Source of the DNA: Phaeosaccion multiseriatum
Taxonomy: Eukaryota; Protista; Ochrophyta, other classes
NCBI GenBank assembly: GCA_965112735.1
Contig: OZ218958.1
Coordinates: 2,170,001-2,234,000, forward strand
Length of the DNA stretch: 64,000 nt
Reading direction: 5' to 3'
Shown piece after piece: positions 36,813 to 48,824 of this stretch (position 1 is the stretch's first letter; each line of letters starts with the position of its first letter). The translations under genes were made by a program, and so were the position numbers. Below the pieces are notes generated by a model. That model was not told the DNA's origin, did no database searches, and was given only the letters and a program-made list of their open reading frames with translations.

Positions 36813-38590
36813 TTACTGCCCCTTCTCCTGCCGCTTGGCCGCGATCTCTGCTTGCACCTCCGCCTCAACCCGGTCCCTCCTCACTTGGTAGTCCTCATCC
36901 ACAATCTGCAACAGCTCTGTTCGCACCTCCCGCTGCGACAAGATAGTCCGAGCCACACACACACACGGAGAGAGAGAAAGAGAGCAAGATAGCAGCACAG
37001 GGGTAACAGTGAGCGAACCGGACAGCGGCAGGGAATCGGAATGAGAGGAGCGCGGCGGCAACGCTGCATTCTGGACGCCTCAACCACATTGTGAAGCACA
37101 AACCTCCCAACCTGCCCAGCCCCCTCTGATACCCTCCTCACATCCTCACCAGCTTGGTCTCGAACTTCTCGTCGATGCGCTGCATGAGCTGTGCTCGCTC
37201 GTCCTCCAAAGCCGCCACTTTCTCTAGCCGCGAGAACTGCTCGTCCATGGTCAGTTCCAGTGGCACGTCATTGGCAAGCTCAGCGCCCTCACGTGGGGCG
37301 GCTGCTGCTGCCACCCCAGCGTTGGGGTTATTCGCAGCCCAGTCTGCCGCAGCTGCTGCGCCTTGGCTCTCCTCCGGGTCGGCCAACACGTCCTCGTTCC
37401 AAGAGCCAGACATTTGCTGCGAGAACTTGGAGGCGGAAGGAGCCCCCACGCCCGAGGTATCCCCCCCCTTCTGCTGACACACACACACGGGGCCAGCAGC
37501 AGCAACAGCGGGTGAGATAACAAGACGGGAGCGTGGTACGTAGAGCAGTAGAGCAGTGTTGTTGGCTCACCTCCTTCTTGTCCACGCCCTCGTCGCGGGT
37601 GAAGGCGCTCTTAAGCTGGTCGGCAGACTCCCTCAGAGACGAGAACAGGCCCTCGTCCTCATCCACCTTGGCGGGATTCTCTAGCCGGAATTGATCATCC
37701 TGCGTTCCGCAACAGCAGCAGCAGCAGCAAGCAGATGAGAGGAGACATTTCTTGAATGCACTGACCCGCGCGTACACACACACGCGCACTGCACTGCCTC
37801 ACCTCAATGATAATGTCCTCGTACTCGTCCTCCTCTTCCTCCTCCTCCTTCCCCTTGTTCCCATCACCGGGGCTACTCTGATAAGAGCTCTTGACGTTTC
37901 CCCACTCCTCGTCCAGCGACCTGGTGATGCCCTCAAAGCCCTTAGCGAGGTCGGCCTGCTCCAATTGCTTCTCCAGTACATCCTGTCGAGGAGGAGCGCA
38001 GGGCCATATGCGACCGCAGAGACGGGTGAGGGCGACAGAGAGAGATAAAGAAAGAGGGAGAGAGAGACGGAAGGGGGGGGCTCACGAACCGTCAAGCTCT
38101 TGGCGCTCCCCAGTCCAAAGTCCTTGAACTGTCCGAAGAGCTTGCCCACGTCTTTGACCAGCCGGTACAGGTCTGTTGGCCCCAGAGCAAAATACCCCAC
38201 TGCCAGCACGACTGCCAGCTCTGGCCCTCCCACACCGAAGAAGCTCTCTTGCGGCCCGAAAAACATGGACATACCCCCCCCTCTGCTCCCTGCCGTGCCC
38301 CCGTCTCTTCTCCTCCTGCTGCCGCCGCACGCCCGTTGTTTGCTCGCGGGAGCAAATGACACGACCCTACCCACAAACCCAGACACGCAAGGCGCCATTG
38401 CCATGGACATCTGAGGAGAGGACCTGCATCTGTGACCACCGCTCCTGCTGCTGCTGCTCCTGCTGCTCCTGCTCCTGCTGCTGCTGCTGCGTGCTGCAGC
38501 AGGATGTGAAACGAAGGCTTGGCCGCAGCGGCACACGCCAGCAGCCAGGCCCAGTGCGGCAAGGGAGAAGCCCAGGCCGGCAACCTTCAT
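36813..38590 (-). CDS. tatB: Plastid Tat translocase subunit TatB/Hcf106-like
   Basis: Signal peptide + QA|FV presequence; FFGVGGPELAVVLAVGYFALGPTDLYRLVKDVGK is the TatA/B transmembrane + amphipathic signature. The tail is long, acidic and multi-exon. Confidence 0.75.
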
Positions 38591-38676
38591 GCTGGATGTG
38601 AAGGTTCCGGCATCCAGGGGGGGGACACATTTTTGCCTAAAAGTATCAACCATCATCCCCATACGAAGAGGCCGCG

Positions 38677-41600
38677 ATGAAGCGCCCGCTGCAGGTCGCG
38701 ATGGTGATGCTGCTGTCGACGACCTCCTGCAGCTGCCTAAGCGGCGGCAGGAGAGGAGGAGGAGGGGGAGGAGGAGGAGGAGGAGGAGGAGGACGGGAGG
38801 GAGCAGTTGCCTACATTGGCGCGCCTACATGCACACCTCGAGCTGAGCAGCTCAGTTCAAGGGCCAAAGGAGGCCGTGCTTGGACCTACGCCCAGCGACG
38901 GGCTGTGTGGCAACCGCGGAGGGCGAGGAGAAGGAGCAGCGAGTGCTGGGCGAGCATGGAGGATGCAATGCTGGGCTTGGGGAGTAGTAGCGGCAGTAGC
39001 AGTAGCAGCAGCACGGCAGCCACAGAAGGAGGCAGCAGAGAAGGAGGACTGGGCGAGGACGGGAAGATTGGGCTGCCGACCGTGTCTCTTGCTCGTCCCT
39101 CCCCCAACAGACCGTGCGAGGCGAGTAATGGCCGCCTACTGACACTCCGGCCGACCTCTTCCCAGGACCTGCGCCGTGCCGGCCTCCCCGCCATGCTGCC
39201 CAGCGGGTCCATTGCGGTTGCTGCAGATGCTGCGGACGACCCCCAAGGTGAGAGGAGGAGCTGCGTCTGCTGCGTCTTGCTTAATGTCTGTAAGCGCCAA
39301 CACTCACGAAGTTATGTGTATGTCATTGATTGACCGCCCTCAGGAGAGACGCCTCTGGCGGGAGTGGCGCTCATTTCGCCCGTGGCAGGGGGCTTGGGCT
39401 CCTCCGTCTCAACCTTTGAGTACGAGATCCGAGTGTGGAGTGAGGAGCAGGCAGCGGGCGGGGGGTGGGGGGCGATAGCGCATGCCGTGACTCACGACGT
39501 CGTGAGCAAGTACCTCAGCGACGGAGCTCGCATTCGGCAGCTGCAGGTGCGAGCAGCAGCAGTTGGTGATACAGTAGGCGTGTCCCAGCAGGAGGCCACC
39601 ACGTTCTTCAAGGAGCACGGCCTCGTACAGGCGGAGCAAGGGCAGGGGCAAGGGCAGAGGCAGGATGGCGAGGTCCTGCTCGTGGGGACATTGGAAAGCG
39701 CCCTCACTGAGGTGGAGGCGCTGCTTGGTAGTACAAGTACTGGTACTAGTAGAAGTAGCAGTGAGGACAGCAGCACCGCCACAGGGGCCCAGGCGGCGCT
39801 GGCCACTCTCCTGAACATCAAAGCGCGCCTCCTGCACGACGCTGGGCGTCTCGAGGATGCCGTGGAGTGCTACTTGCAGGCAGGGCTTGCAGACCCGACC
39901 AGGGGAGACGTGTTCCGCTCGCTCGGGGGCGCGTACCAGTCGCTCAATCAGCCGCAGATGGCCTTCGCCGCCTTCCAGCAGGCTATCGACAAGGACAGCA
40001 CGGACTGTGTGGCCTATCTCAAGCTCGGCTTCCTCTACGAGCAGCTGGCAGTGGGCAAGTATGAGGAGGCGGGTGACCATGCCATCCAGTGTTTCCAGTA
40101 CTATCTGTTGCACTCGGGCATTGAGGACACCGACGTGCTCACCCGCCTCGGAAACCTGCAAGTGCGCCGTCTAGAGCCCGGCCAGGTGTGTGTGCGTGTG
40201 CGTGTGTGCGTGCGTGTGTGTGAGAGAGAGTTTGTGTGTCTGTGTTTGAGTGTGTGTGTATGCTTTCACTCGCCCTGTGCTCTGCTGCCCTTCTCACTCT
40301 GAACCATGCCGTTGTGTTTTGCCTGTCGTGGCGTTGGCTTTGGCTTTGACTCTCTCTCGAACAGGCCGTCAAGACATACGAGCGGGCCCTCGCCGTGGAC
40401 GGAGATATCCCCAACCTTTGGTTCAACCTCGCCAACGCACACTTGAAGCTGCAGAACAAGGACAAAGCCACGGAATGCCTGCGCAAGACGGTAGAGCTTG
40501 ACCCGGTAAGTAGGGCACCTCTCTCTTGGGCGACTGAAGAAAAGCGGAAGGAAGAAAGGCAGAAGACAAAGAGTATAGTTTGCAAACGCTCCCCCCTCCC
40601 CCGCACTCTTCTCCCTCCCTCCCCCCCCCCCCCACTCTCTCTCTCACACACACACGCACACGAACACGCACACGCACAGAGCATCACAGCGGCCAAGTAC
40701 CTGTTGGCCTCTGTGAGCGGCGACGACAGCGCAGTGTCTGAGGAGGACCAACACAAGTACGTGTCGGAGCTGTTCGACTTCTTCGCAGAGAGCTACGACG
40801 ATCACATGCGCAAGAAGCTGCTCTACACGGGGCCACGCATCGTCCGACAGACCATCAAGGTAAGCGCTTACGGGGATGGTGCCCATGGGGCGGTGGGGGG
40901 CGGTGAGGTGATGTGATTGGGTGGCGGTGAGGTGATGTGATTGGCAGGGCCGGCGCTTCGTTCCTCACTCACACCTGTCCTCGCTCGCTCTCCCTCCCTC
41001 CCGCCTCCCGGCTGGCTGCGTGTGTACACCTCACACCTCATACCGCACACAGGACCATTACAACGAAACGTACCTGAGCCTGCCCCAGGCCGACAGAGAC
41101 GCGCACTTCGCCGCCCTCCCGCTGGCCGTGCAGGAGGAGCAGGGCGGGCCCGGCGTGCTCTCTTGGCTCAATAAGTCTCTCGACATACTGGACTTAGGCT
41201 GCGGGACAGGCCTGGTGGGCAGTTGGCTGACGGACTACGCCAGAGAGGCCGTGGGGGTGGACATCAGCGACAAGATGGTCTCTATGGCCACCAAGAAGGT
41301 TGGTGCGCGTGCGTGCATGTCTTAGTGCCTTTCTACCTTCGTCCTTTGGTTGTTTGCCTTCGTTGTTGGCTGTTGGTTGGCGGCCAGCACGCACTCGACA
41401 CTCGGCACTCGGCACTCGGCCTTGACCGTCGCACAAGTCTTGGATGCTCCCCAAGTGTGCTCTGCTGCTTCTGTATCACCAACTGCTTCCTCGCCGCCTC
41501 GTGCCTGCTGCTCCCACCGACGGACAGGGGTGCTATACAGAGCTGAAGCGAACAGACTTGGAGGCTTACCTGCAGGCGGAGGCCTCCAAAGACGAGGGAG

Positions 41601-41962
41601 AGGGGCAAGGGGGGGGGAGGAGGTCCTTTGACGTGGTGACTGCGGTGGACTCTCTGCAGTATGTCAAAGGGCTCGAGCGCGTCTTCCCCCATGTTGCGGC
41701 TCTGCTGCGACCCGAGGGGATCTTCGTGTTCACCGTAGATAGGATGACCAGTGATGACGACGGCGATGGCAGCGGAGGGGACAAGGATGGGAGTGGGTAT
41801 CGGCTTGAGGAGGAGGGAACCTTCTCATACTCGCGGGCCTACTTGGAGCGATTGACCGCCGAGGCTGGGCTGGAGGCTGTGCAGTTACGAGAGCACTCCA
41901 CTCGGGTGGAGCGGAACGATCCCAAGCCAGGCTGGCTCGGGCTGCTGCGATTGCGGCGCTAG
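38677..41962 (+). CDS. TPR-repeat class I SAM-dependent methyltransferase (COG4976-like)
   Basis: Several TPRs (GRLEDAVECY, FRSLGGAYQ, WFNLANAH), YVSELFDFFAESYDDHM, LDLGCGTG, GVDISDKM and FDVVTAVDSLQY. Confidence 0.85.
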
Positions 41963-42356
41963 CTCGGAATGCCCAGAGGTGTGGGGGCACAGAAGCATTT
42001 TTTTATTTTGATGTATCGTACGATAGAACACCAGACGGACTCAACACCAACAACAATCCAACACTTAATATTAATTAATAATATTTGCGTGCCGTTACCC
42101 TCCTCTATTGCAGCGTTGGCCTGCCTGCAGCATTAAGTGTTGCGGTTGCGAAGATGAGCTGGCTCCCCCACCTGCTGTCCATCCACTCGGCATCTCAAGA
42201 CCCACCTCAGCCTGGGCAGAGGGCAGAGAGGAACTGCTCCACCACTTACATGTATGCTTTCGAACAACTAGTGTCTCGCTTCCTTCTTGTGCGTTCAGTG
42301 CTTCCTACTACTGTCCCACTGACTACTGGCTGCTGGACCAGCCCCCCCTGTGTGTG

Positions 42357-45300
42357 TCACTGTCCAACTGACTGCTGCTGTATCACCAACTGCTCGTCCA
42401 ACCTCCCCTCCAGCACCTCTAACTCGTGCTCCAGGTCGCTGCTCTTCGCACTCACGAGGCTCAGCAGGGTCACGCTCTGCTCCAGGTGCTGGCACGGGGT
42501 CCTCAGGGCTTGGCTGCTCAGCTGTTGCAATCAATGGTACAAGAGCGGCCGTGGCAAGCGTGTCATACAGAGGGCAGGGACGGAGGCTTGTTTTACACTT
42601 TGGTGTGGTGGTTGATTCTTCGAGTGTATCACACACACACGAGGCGACAGACAGACGGACAGATAGACAGACAATACAGAGAAAAAAAAGAGAGAAAGAC
42701 AGAAAGACAGACAGACAAGACAAGAGACACACACAAGGCGACACACACACACACACACAGGCCTTACTACCTACCTCCTTGGCGAGGGCCCTGCAGTCCT
42801 TGTCCACGCCCCCCCCCTCCTCCACAGCGGCCAAAAGAGAAGCGAAGGAGGCGTGCATGCCCACAAGCCTACGGTAGCTCTCCACCGCCTCCGGGGGGGC
42901 CTCCTTCGGTGGGGTGGGGTGGAGTGGAGGGTGAGCAGGAGGTGCGAGATGGGAGAGGGTGGAATGAGCAATCACGATGAGAGGCAGCAGTTCACGAGGA
43001 CGGGCAGATAGCCACAGAAGCGGGAGGGGTGGAGAGGGGAGGGGAGAAGTCTCACTGCACCACCACCAGCCTGCGCTGCCCCAACCAACACACGAGCCAT
43101 TATTGTTGTGAGTAGAGAGGCCTCCTCCCTGACTTACTAACCTTGGCCATGGCGGACTTGAACAAGAGGTCGTCAGCCTCCACCTCCGTCCTGCCGAGCT
43201 CTTCGCGCAGACTCGCGCTACTCCCTTGGCATTCACGCACCCTCATGGCCTGACTCGCCACGGCCACGTCCTGCGCACGCGAGGAACGGCGCGTGGTGGG
43301 TGGTCAACACAAGTCTTTCCTTCCTTGCATGCGACTGCCCTGCCCTTCGCCTCGCTTTAGCCCCCCCTCCCTTCCCCGCCTCTCTCCTCTCCCCTCCCCC
43401 CCCTTCCCCTACCCCCTGCTCCTCTTCTATCCCCTCCCTACCTGCTCGTTGGCCGCAGCCGTCATGTCCGTGATCCTCTGCTGCACGCTCTCTCTCGACA
43501 CGCGAGGGCCGAGCTTCTCCACTGCGGGCACCAAGCGCTCTCGAAGAAGCCTCTTGTTCCTCTTGATCTGCCGTGCGAGGCTGAGCATGGCCGCCTCTTT
43601 TCCCTCTGTTGTGCCGTTTGTGCCTTCTGTACCGCGCAACTCGCACACCGTCTCGAGGCATCGCTCCATGCGTCGCTCGTGCGCCCCTTGCTGTGCTCTG
43701 CAAGCGTTGTGTGTGTGGGGAGGGGGGGGCAAGAGAAGAGGGGCAAGGGTGTGAGGAGAAGTTAAAAGTCTGGCAGCAATTGCAAGCCCTCCTCTCCTCC
43801 CCACCCCTTCCTGACCACTAACCTGATGGCCTGCACAATCCCCCTATTCTTGCCCTCCCACTCCGTGCTCCCTGTCCGCAGCAGCCTCCGGGCCCTCTCT
43901 CCGCAGCTCTCCTGCAGGCTCCTGACCTGCTCCCCCCCCTCCCCCCTCCCTCTTGAGAGGGGCTCCAATGCCTTGACCCTGCTTGCCACCTCCTCCTCAA
44001 GAGTTTCCGCTTTGGCGTGCAGCCCCACCAGCTCGGCCTCCATCTGTGGGTGTCATGTGTTGTGTGTGAGGGGGCATACATTGAGACACACAGCACAGAC
44101 GAGACAAAACGAGACAGAAAAGGCGCGGTGAGGTCGGTAAAGCCACCACAACATATGCACACACACACACACACCATCTTGGTGCTCGTTGAAACGTTCT
44201 CCATCCTCTCCGACAGTTCCGCGACGGCCTGAGCTTTCAGCCTGACAGTCTCTTCCAAGGCGTCAGCCTCTAGCGATGACACCTCTCGCTCCGGCCGGCG
44301 AGCGGCTGTATCACCAACTGCACAAAGAAAAGCAACAGAGCAGGCGCAGGCGCGGGTGAGACGAACAACATGCGTGTACCTACCCAGCCTTGTGACAAAC
44401 TCACTCACTCGCTCACTCACCCGGCCGGTCTCTGGCTTGTCTGGCTTGCTCCTCCACACTGTCCAGGAGCGCCGCAAAACTCGGCACCGGCAGGCCCCCC
44501 TCCCTCCCCTTCTCCTCCCTCCCCAGCGCGGGGTGGCCGATGCCAACTCCTCTGCTCAGCCCCAGCTCCCTCCACTCTCCCCTCCCCTCCACGCCCCCTG
44601 CCGCAGTCCTACTGAGCTGTGCAAGAGACTGGCGGAGCTCCATTCTAGCGCGGGCCGGCAAGGTTGGTCTATCGCTGAAGCGGCTGTAGAGGCCCGAGCT
44701 GCAGAGCTCTGCAAGCCTATCGAGTGCGACTCCTTCCTGCAGCTCGTGCGCTGCGCTCTTCAGCGGCAGATGGGCCGACGCCTTATCCGCCGTCACCGCT
44801 GCAGCCTCGTCGTATAGTGTCGAGTAGGCCTCTCGGACTCCTTCCTCCTGCCCCCCCCGCTCCTCCTCCTCGTCGCTATGGTCGTCCCCCCCAGACTTAC
44901 AGCCCCTCTTGGTGCGTGTGCGTGTGTGCTGCTCCCCATCAAGCAGCCTCACGCGTATGAGGCTCTGCACCAACCACAGGAGCAACTTTCTCGTGGACGA
45001 CTCAAAGGGAAAGAGGATGCTGCAGGGGCAACAGGGAACAAAAACACAGCAAGATCACGACTAAGGCAGTCAGCACCATCATTCCACGCCCTCCCATCGT
45101 GCGGTGCGCATACCCTCCCTCCCCTTACCTCTCGTACGACAGATGCTCCGGGTAGCCCGCAGCCACAATGCCCTCGGACAGACGCAGGCAGCGCCGTTGG
45201 CGGGCGGCAATGTCTTCCGGCAGACCGAAAGGAAACTGCGCGAAGAAGGAAAACACCCCGACCATATCCAGTCAGTCCTCAGGGCTTCAGCTGCTGCGGT

Positions 45301-46306
45301 AGCGCTCTGGTGGCTGCTGAGCTCGCGCTCGCTCACTCACTCACTCACTCACCCACCCACTCACTCACTCCATCACTCACTCACTCACTCACTCACTCAC
45401 TCACTTACTCACTCAGTCAGGCAGTCAGTCAGTCAGTCAGTCAGTCAGTCAGCCAGTCACTAACTCACTTACTCACTCACTCACTCACTCACTCACACTC
45501 ACTCACTCACTCACTCACTCACTCACTCACTCACTCACTCACTCACTCTCACTCACTCACTCACTCACTCACTCACTCACTCACTCACTCACTCTCACTC
45601 ACTCACTCACTCACTCACTCACTCACTCACTCACTCACTCACTCACTCACTCACTCACTCACTCACTCCCTCACTCACTCCCTCACTCACTCACATTGAC
45701 CCTGCCTCTGCTGGTGAGAGCGAGCATCTTCGCGCAGGCCTCCGCCAACAAGTCCGTGCTAAATGCGCTCAGCGCTGGGACCCGGCGCGTCAGTGAGCTG
45801 CGAGAAGGAGCAAAGGAGAGATTAGAGATTCGAACAGCGGCATCCTCTTTGTCCACCTTCCTTCTCTAGTCGACTTACCAGCCCAGCTGCTCCATGGCAA
45901 GAAGCAGAACCTGAGAAACAAAGGACATAGAAGAAGGAGAGTAGAAGACGAGGAGAGTATGTGTGAGAAGAGAGGAGGAGGAAGGCGGAGAAGAGAAGGA
46001 GGGGGTGAGTCTGAGAGAGAAGCGAGACAGTGAGGATGAGAGAGAAAGAGAAAGAGAGAGAGAGAGAAGAGCGAGTACGAGAAGAGAGAGAAGAGAGAGA
46101 GAGAGGAGAGAGAGGGAGAGAGAGGGAGAGAGAGACAGAGACAGAGACAGAGACAGAGACAGAGACAGAGACAGAGAGAGAGTGAGAGGGAGAGAGAGAG
46201 AGAGAGGGAGAGGGAGATGGAGAAACAGAGAGAGAGAAGAACAAAGCAGGAGAAGGAGAGGACAGAAAGGTTTAAGGCATGCCTGGTCTGCATGAGGCTT
46301 GTCCAT
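42357..46306 (-). CDS. CCDC22: CCDC22 (Commander/CCC complex subunit)
   Basis: The hand-spliced protein HADQVLLLAMEQLGC...LSAFSTDLLAEAC...LPEDIAARQR...AGYPEHLSYESILFP...LLLWLVQSL and the C-terminal SRESVQQRI...LGRTEVEADDLLFK...AVESYRRLVGMHASF follow the CCDC22 N- and C-terminal patterns. Confidence 0.85.
45332..45694. repeat. (TCAC)n/(TCAG)n tetranucleotide microsatellite in a CCDC22 intron
   Basis: Direct reading; it generates a spurious (THSL)n ORF. Confidence 0.95.
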
Positions 46307-46426
46307 TTTTTTGGGGAGGGGGGTTGTTCCGTGAGGCCGATGTTTTGATGTTTTACTCTTAGACAGATGGCACTCAACAGTCCACGACTGTTTTCGATCT
46401 AAGCGGTGTGCTCTCCCTCCACCCCA

Positions 46427-46713
46427 TCGGCCCTGGAAGAGGTTACAGTATTCGCCGACCATAATCAGTAATCAGGCCGGCTGGCGCCAATAATCAGTAA
46501 TCAGGCCGGCTAGCGCCCGTCATAATCAGTAATCAGGCCGGCTGGCGCCGGTCATAATCAGTAATCAGACCAGGCTGGCGCCGGCCATAATCAGTAATCA
46601 GGCCCGGCTGGCGCCATAATCAGTAATCAGGCCGGCTGGCGCCGGCAGTAATCAGTAATCAGGCCGGCTGCGCCGGCCGTAATCAGTAATCTGATAACCT
46701 CTTCCAGGGCCGA
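46427..46713. mobile_element. MITE-like element B: 287 bp, 19-bp perfect TIR, 6-bp TSD ACCCCA, internal ~31-bp tandem array
   Basis: TCGGCCCTGGAAGAGGTTA (46427-46445) and its exact reverse complement (46695-46713). ACCCCA lies at 46421-46426 and 46714-46719. There are 7 full and 1 partial units of ATAATCAGTAATCAGGCCGGCTGGCGCC(GGCC). Confidence 0.92.
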
Positions 46714-47210
46714 ACCCCACGGGATGGAAACATGGAAACCCCCTAAGTGGTGATGGATGCGAGTTTAAGGTCGGAGTCTGTCCAAGTGTGGCATGGTGAG
46801 AGGTGTACGCTGTGGTCAAGGCCTCTTTATGGCCAGATAAGAAGTGATTGCAGTAGCTGAAAGGTGAGGGACGCGCCCACCTACTATGAGTTTCAATTTC
46901 CTCTGCCGAGTAGGTAGCAAAGACATTTCCACCCCAAACCACTGTTGAACATGCGCATCGTGTTGCCCTCGTCGAGACAAGTCGAATGAAAAGCCGGCAT
47001 CGTTGCCTCCTGCAACCTCCATCAAGTTCAGTTCTATGGCCCTGCAGCGTGGAGGCTCCGGTTCCTGCTTGCGTAAGGGCCATGCGGGTCTTGCGTAAGA
47101 GTGTCTTGTTGCAGCCCAGAGGGCCCTCCCTCAGCTGAGTTGAAGCAGCAGCTTTGGTTACGCGTCCCAGGTAGGGTTGGAAGGACTATTGGTCCCCAGA
47201 GATCAAAGCC

Positions 47211-47267
47211 ATAGCGGATCGGCTGGCGCCGGCGATAGCGGATAGCGGATAGTGCGTCACGGGTCGA
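47211..47267 (+). mobile_element. Right end of a MITE-A family element (no left partner seen)
   Basis: CGGCTGGCGCCGGCGATAGCGGATAGCGGATAGTGCGTCACGGGTCGA is nearly identical to the right end of element A. Confidence 0.85.
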
Positions 47268-47497
47268 AAGCAAGAGCCAGAAGCAGGTGCTGGCCACGCC
47301 CAACGCCTGGCGGCAAAACCCCAGAAGCTACAACCAAGGCCTATAAAAGCCGAAAGCCAGGCTAGCTACCTTCGGCCGTTCAAAAGCCCAAAAATTCTGC
47401 CGCGGCGAGCGCCGAATGCATTGTTCGACATTGTGACCCAACGCCACGCCGCTCCAGACTCCAAAATCTCAAAAGAAAGAAAAAAAAAGTGATGATG

Positions 47498-47519
47498 CCG
47501 ACCCCTGACGCACTGTCGC
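47498..47519 (+). mobile_element. Solo left-TIR of the MITE-A family
   Basis: CCGACCCCTGACGCACTGTCGC matches TCGACCCCTGACACACTATCGC at 19/22 positions. Confidence 0.65.
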
Positions 47520-47866
47520 ACTAGCGCACCCGCCTCTTTTTTCTCCTGATCGGATGTGGGACACAAATTCGAAATTCTAAAAATCTCCTTTTTCGTAAAA
47601 AAATGCTTCCCTGTCTCTCGTGCCCCCCTACATCAGCATAAAATCTCCCCAACCACAGCGAGACAAAAGGAGACATACAAGTACGACGAAAAGAGGGAAG
47701 TGATGTGGGGCAAGCTGCAGCATCGAGGGCAAGAGCAGCAGCAAGAACACGGCAACTCTAAGACGTCTGGGCAGCACCAGCCGCCGCGCAGGAGAAAGAG
47801 CAACACAAGTTGAAGCTCTTGAGAGGGAGGTGAGCCGGCGGAGCCAGCACAAGGAGCTGGAGGAGC

Positions 47867-48779
47867 ATGGAGGGGAGGGCCAGGGGGCCTGCTGGGGAGG
47901 GGCGCTCAATGGAAGGGCGGGGTCGGGAATGGGATTCGCAACAGCAGCAGCCGCAGCCTGTGGACCAGCAGGAGAGGGAGTCCGTGTCCTCGTCTGGAGC
48001 CACATCCGAGGAGGAGGGATGGTCTCCCCGTCAACAACACCCGCTGCCCCCCAACCGGCAGTACCAGCCCCAGCCTATTCTTTTCTCCCACCGACAGGAC
48101 GGGGCGGCGGCTCGAAGGCTTCGTGGGGGGTGCGAAGGGCAGAGTGCTCGCAAACCTGCAACAGTAGAAGAATTATCAACGAAGCGCTTCCGTAAGGGAA
48201 GCAGCCATAGGCCACGTTCCTCTTTTCAGAGCCCTACACACTGCTATGCATTGGAGGCTGCTGGCAAGGCTGCCCGTGGGTGGATCATTTGGGATGATGG
48301 TGCCAATTCTTCTTCCGGCACAGGAGAGAGGTGTAGGAAAAACAGCACCCAAGCGTTGAGCAGGGAACGCGACCGCCGAGTGGGGTCTTCTATGCAAGGA
48401 GGGGCCGAAGGAGGAGGAGGGTCGATGCACCACGCATCTCAAAGCCTCAGGAGGGGCGATTATTTGCCCCCCCCCGGCGAAGGTGAAGGAGCCTCAGGAG
48501 GCGAAGGACGAAGAGGAGCAAACGAGGGTCCATCACGGGAGGTGGATGAAGGAACCACCCAAGCCTCCGACGCAGAGAAGCGCCTTAAAAAGTGCAAGGA
48601 GCGTAATCGCCTGCAGGCTCGCAAGACGAGGGAACGAAAGAAGGCCCGGCTCACTGCATGTCACAAGAAAAAGGCGGAGGCCGAGAAGGAGCAAAGTCAC
48701 CTGCTGGCGTTGCTGGAGCACCAGCGCACGGCAAGGCTGCTGCTCTGCCTCTCCGTGGACACCGACAACCCTGCTGCTG

Positions 48780-48824
<45 letters not shown>

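Noticed and set aside
44878-45699. (THSL)n ORF on + strand
   Set aside because: It is a translation of an intronic (TCAC)n microsatellite.
42357-46306. Initial guess of augmin HAUS3
   Set aside because: Correct splicing gives a much better match to CCDC22 at both ends.
46461-46695. CRISPR-like array
   Set aside because: There are no unique spacers and no cas genes, and the context is eukaryotic. It is a tandem array inside TIRs.
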